Shown here: one piece after another, positions 62,891-64,000 of the stretch
Layout: the number at the start of each line of letters is the position of its first letter
Position numbering within the stretch: position 1 is the stretch's first letter
Source of the DNA: Nitrosopumilus sp.
Lineage (GTDB): Archaea > Thermoproteota > Nitrososphaeria > Nitrososphaerales > Nitrosopumilaceae
Length of the DNA: 64,000 nt
Reading direction: 5' to 3'
Assembly: GCA_965214775.1 (NCBI GenBank)
Contig: OZ243974.1
Span: 832,001-896,000 of the forward strand
The notes under the pieces: model-generated
What the model was told of the DNA's origin: nothing
Seen by the model: only the letters and a program-made list of their open reading frames with translations
Databases searched by the model: none
Position numbers and translations under genes: made by a program

Positions 62891-63086
62891 AGCGCGTGGG
62901 CCTGCCGGGAAGTCTTGCCGGCATCCTTGGCCTCCCGGAGTATGTGTGCCCAGCACCACTGCCTAGTCTTGAATACGACGTATACACCGTACCCGTCGAC
63001 TGTAACTGGTTTGTCATAATACGGAAAGTTCGTGTCAACTATGATCCTGCCCCTGCTAGGTGCGACCACCGTGTGGACGCCGGTTA

Positions 63087-63165
63087 TAGCAACGGGCAGA
63101 AGTCTTTGAGTCAAAATAGGTCACAACTACACGTAAAAAACCTCAATTATTTCTGCTCGTTGCTA
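63087..63165. mobile_element. 79-bp MITE, TAG...CTA ends, TA duplication
   Basis: tagcaacgggcagaa...ttctgctcgttgcta; removal restores GSITG of the transposase. Confidence 0.85.
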
Positions 63166-63394
63166 TATGCTGCCGTCCTTGTCCTTGCCTACTACCACCC
63201 ATATGCGGGCCGTCCTGCCGTTGTATGGCATGGCAGTCTCGTCAATATACAGATAATCAGAATCTCGGATGGCCTGCTTGATGCCATCTACGCTGGGCTT
63301 TATTGCCTTGGTGCAGGCCCTCAGGCACTGCAGCACACCTGCCTCTGAGACATCCATGTTCAGGATTTCTGAGCACATTGTGGCCGTGGCCTGT

Positions 63395-63648
63395 ATGGAG
63401 GCAGGTGTCATGTGCATTGAAGTTATCATCATGCATCCGAATCGGGAAAGTCGATCATTCAGAACAGATGGAGGCAGGTGTCATGTGCATTGAAGTTATC
63501 ATCATGCATCCGAATCGGGAAAGTCGATCATTCAGAACAGATGGAGGCAGGTGTCATGTGCATTGAAGTTATCATCATGCATCCGAATCGGGAAAGTCGA
63601 TCATTCAGAACAGATGGAGGCAGGTGTCATGTGCATTGAAGTTATCAT
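63395..63648. repeat. 73-bp tandem x3.5 (35-bp IS66 segment + 38-bp insert)
   Basis: Units start at 63395, 63468, 63541, 63614. Confidence 0.95.
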
Positions 63649-63688
63649 TCCCGTAATGTTTGGTCCAAACTCGGTTCCCTGCACGTTC

Positions 63689-63909
63689 CAGTCCCAGTCA
63701 ATACTGTATGTTATCCTGTATTTTCCTACATTGTATGCAAATACCCGCTTGTGTTTCTTCCATCTTCCCAACACTATTGAGTTGTCAGAATTTTTTAGCT
63801 CTTCAATCGCATGATCTACCCTTTGCTTGATCTGTGCATCAGGGTTTTTGTACTGTTTTCTGAATATTGCCTGTGACGTGATCTGCCACCGGGTTTCAGT
63901 TTCATTCAT
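63689..63909 (-). pseudogene. RelE/ParE-like toxin, 3'-truncated by IS66
   Basis: FRKQYK...RVDHAIEEL...NVGKYRITYSID. Confidence 0.7.
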
Positions 63910-64000
63910 TGAGCCACTTTATGAATTCCGCGGCAGTTTTGAATGTCACCTTGCCATCGTCGCTTGCATAGAATTCGTCGATGGCGTTGATTTCCTCCGA
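63902..64000 (-). CDS. C-terminus of a probable antitoxin (runs off window)
   Basis: ...EEINAIDEFYASDDGKVTFKTAAEFIKWLNE*, overlapping the toxin start. Confidence 0.55.
   Translation of the reverse strand, partial: SEEINAIDEFYASDDGKVTFKTAAEFIKWLNE

Larger units (their letters stand above)
62387..63688 (-). mobile_element. fragmented IS66-family transposase
   Basis: GTEFGPN, YIDET, RQWCWAHILRE, PTNNLAERMLRPSVIARK; multiple inserts. Confidence 0.85.

Noticed and set aside
63395-63648. Canonical CRISPR array
   Set aside because: Spacers are identical, the repeat is IS66 coding sequence, and there is no leader or cas gene; kept only as a possible off-target scar.
63601-63909. 102-aa ORF as an intact protein
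   Set aside because: Chimera of a truncated RelE-like toxin and IS66 transposase sequence.
1-64000. Reverse transcriptase/DGR/retron, cas genes, TnpB, prophage or rRNA
   Set aside because: No such motifs were recognised in the translated ORFs or by eye.

Overview
Window from an ammonia-oxidizing archaeon (Nitrosopumilaceae-like; inferred from a thaumarchaeal-type nirK, exported proteins carrying the 'P-x-W-I-K-N-N-A-x-W-W' motif and the archaeal core gene set). Core blocks: thiolase/DUF35, HTH-NrdD-like + intein-containing class II RNR, nep1-tRNA-Gly-rnp4-rps19e, a riboflavin operon, tfe-trm56-hflX and nac. They are separated by accessory patches dense in IS elements (IS5 x2, IS630 x2, ISH3 x3, IS6, IS481, IS66, IS110 remnant) and several MITE families. 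Most notable: (1) four to five ectopic 'local duplication + ~28-38 bp foreign insert' units, four with a 71-74 bp period, resembling off-target CRISPR spacer integration although no cas gene is in the window; (2) a putative IS110 bridge RNA whose second loop is complementary to the element's own left end; (3) a ~208-aa COMMD-like gene, split by IS630, upstream of a DUF5678-like/retropepsin pair; (4) a MoxR-DUF58-VWA cluster next to a (MHGGDD)9 protein and a cupredoxin; (5) a YwbE-Schlafen/AlbA_2 fusion. All family calls come from motif recognition by eye, not database searches.
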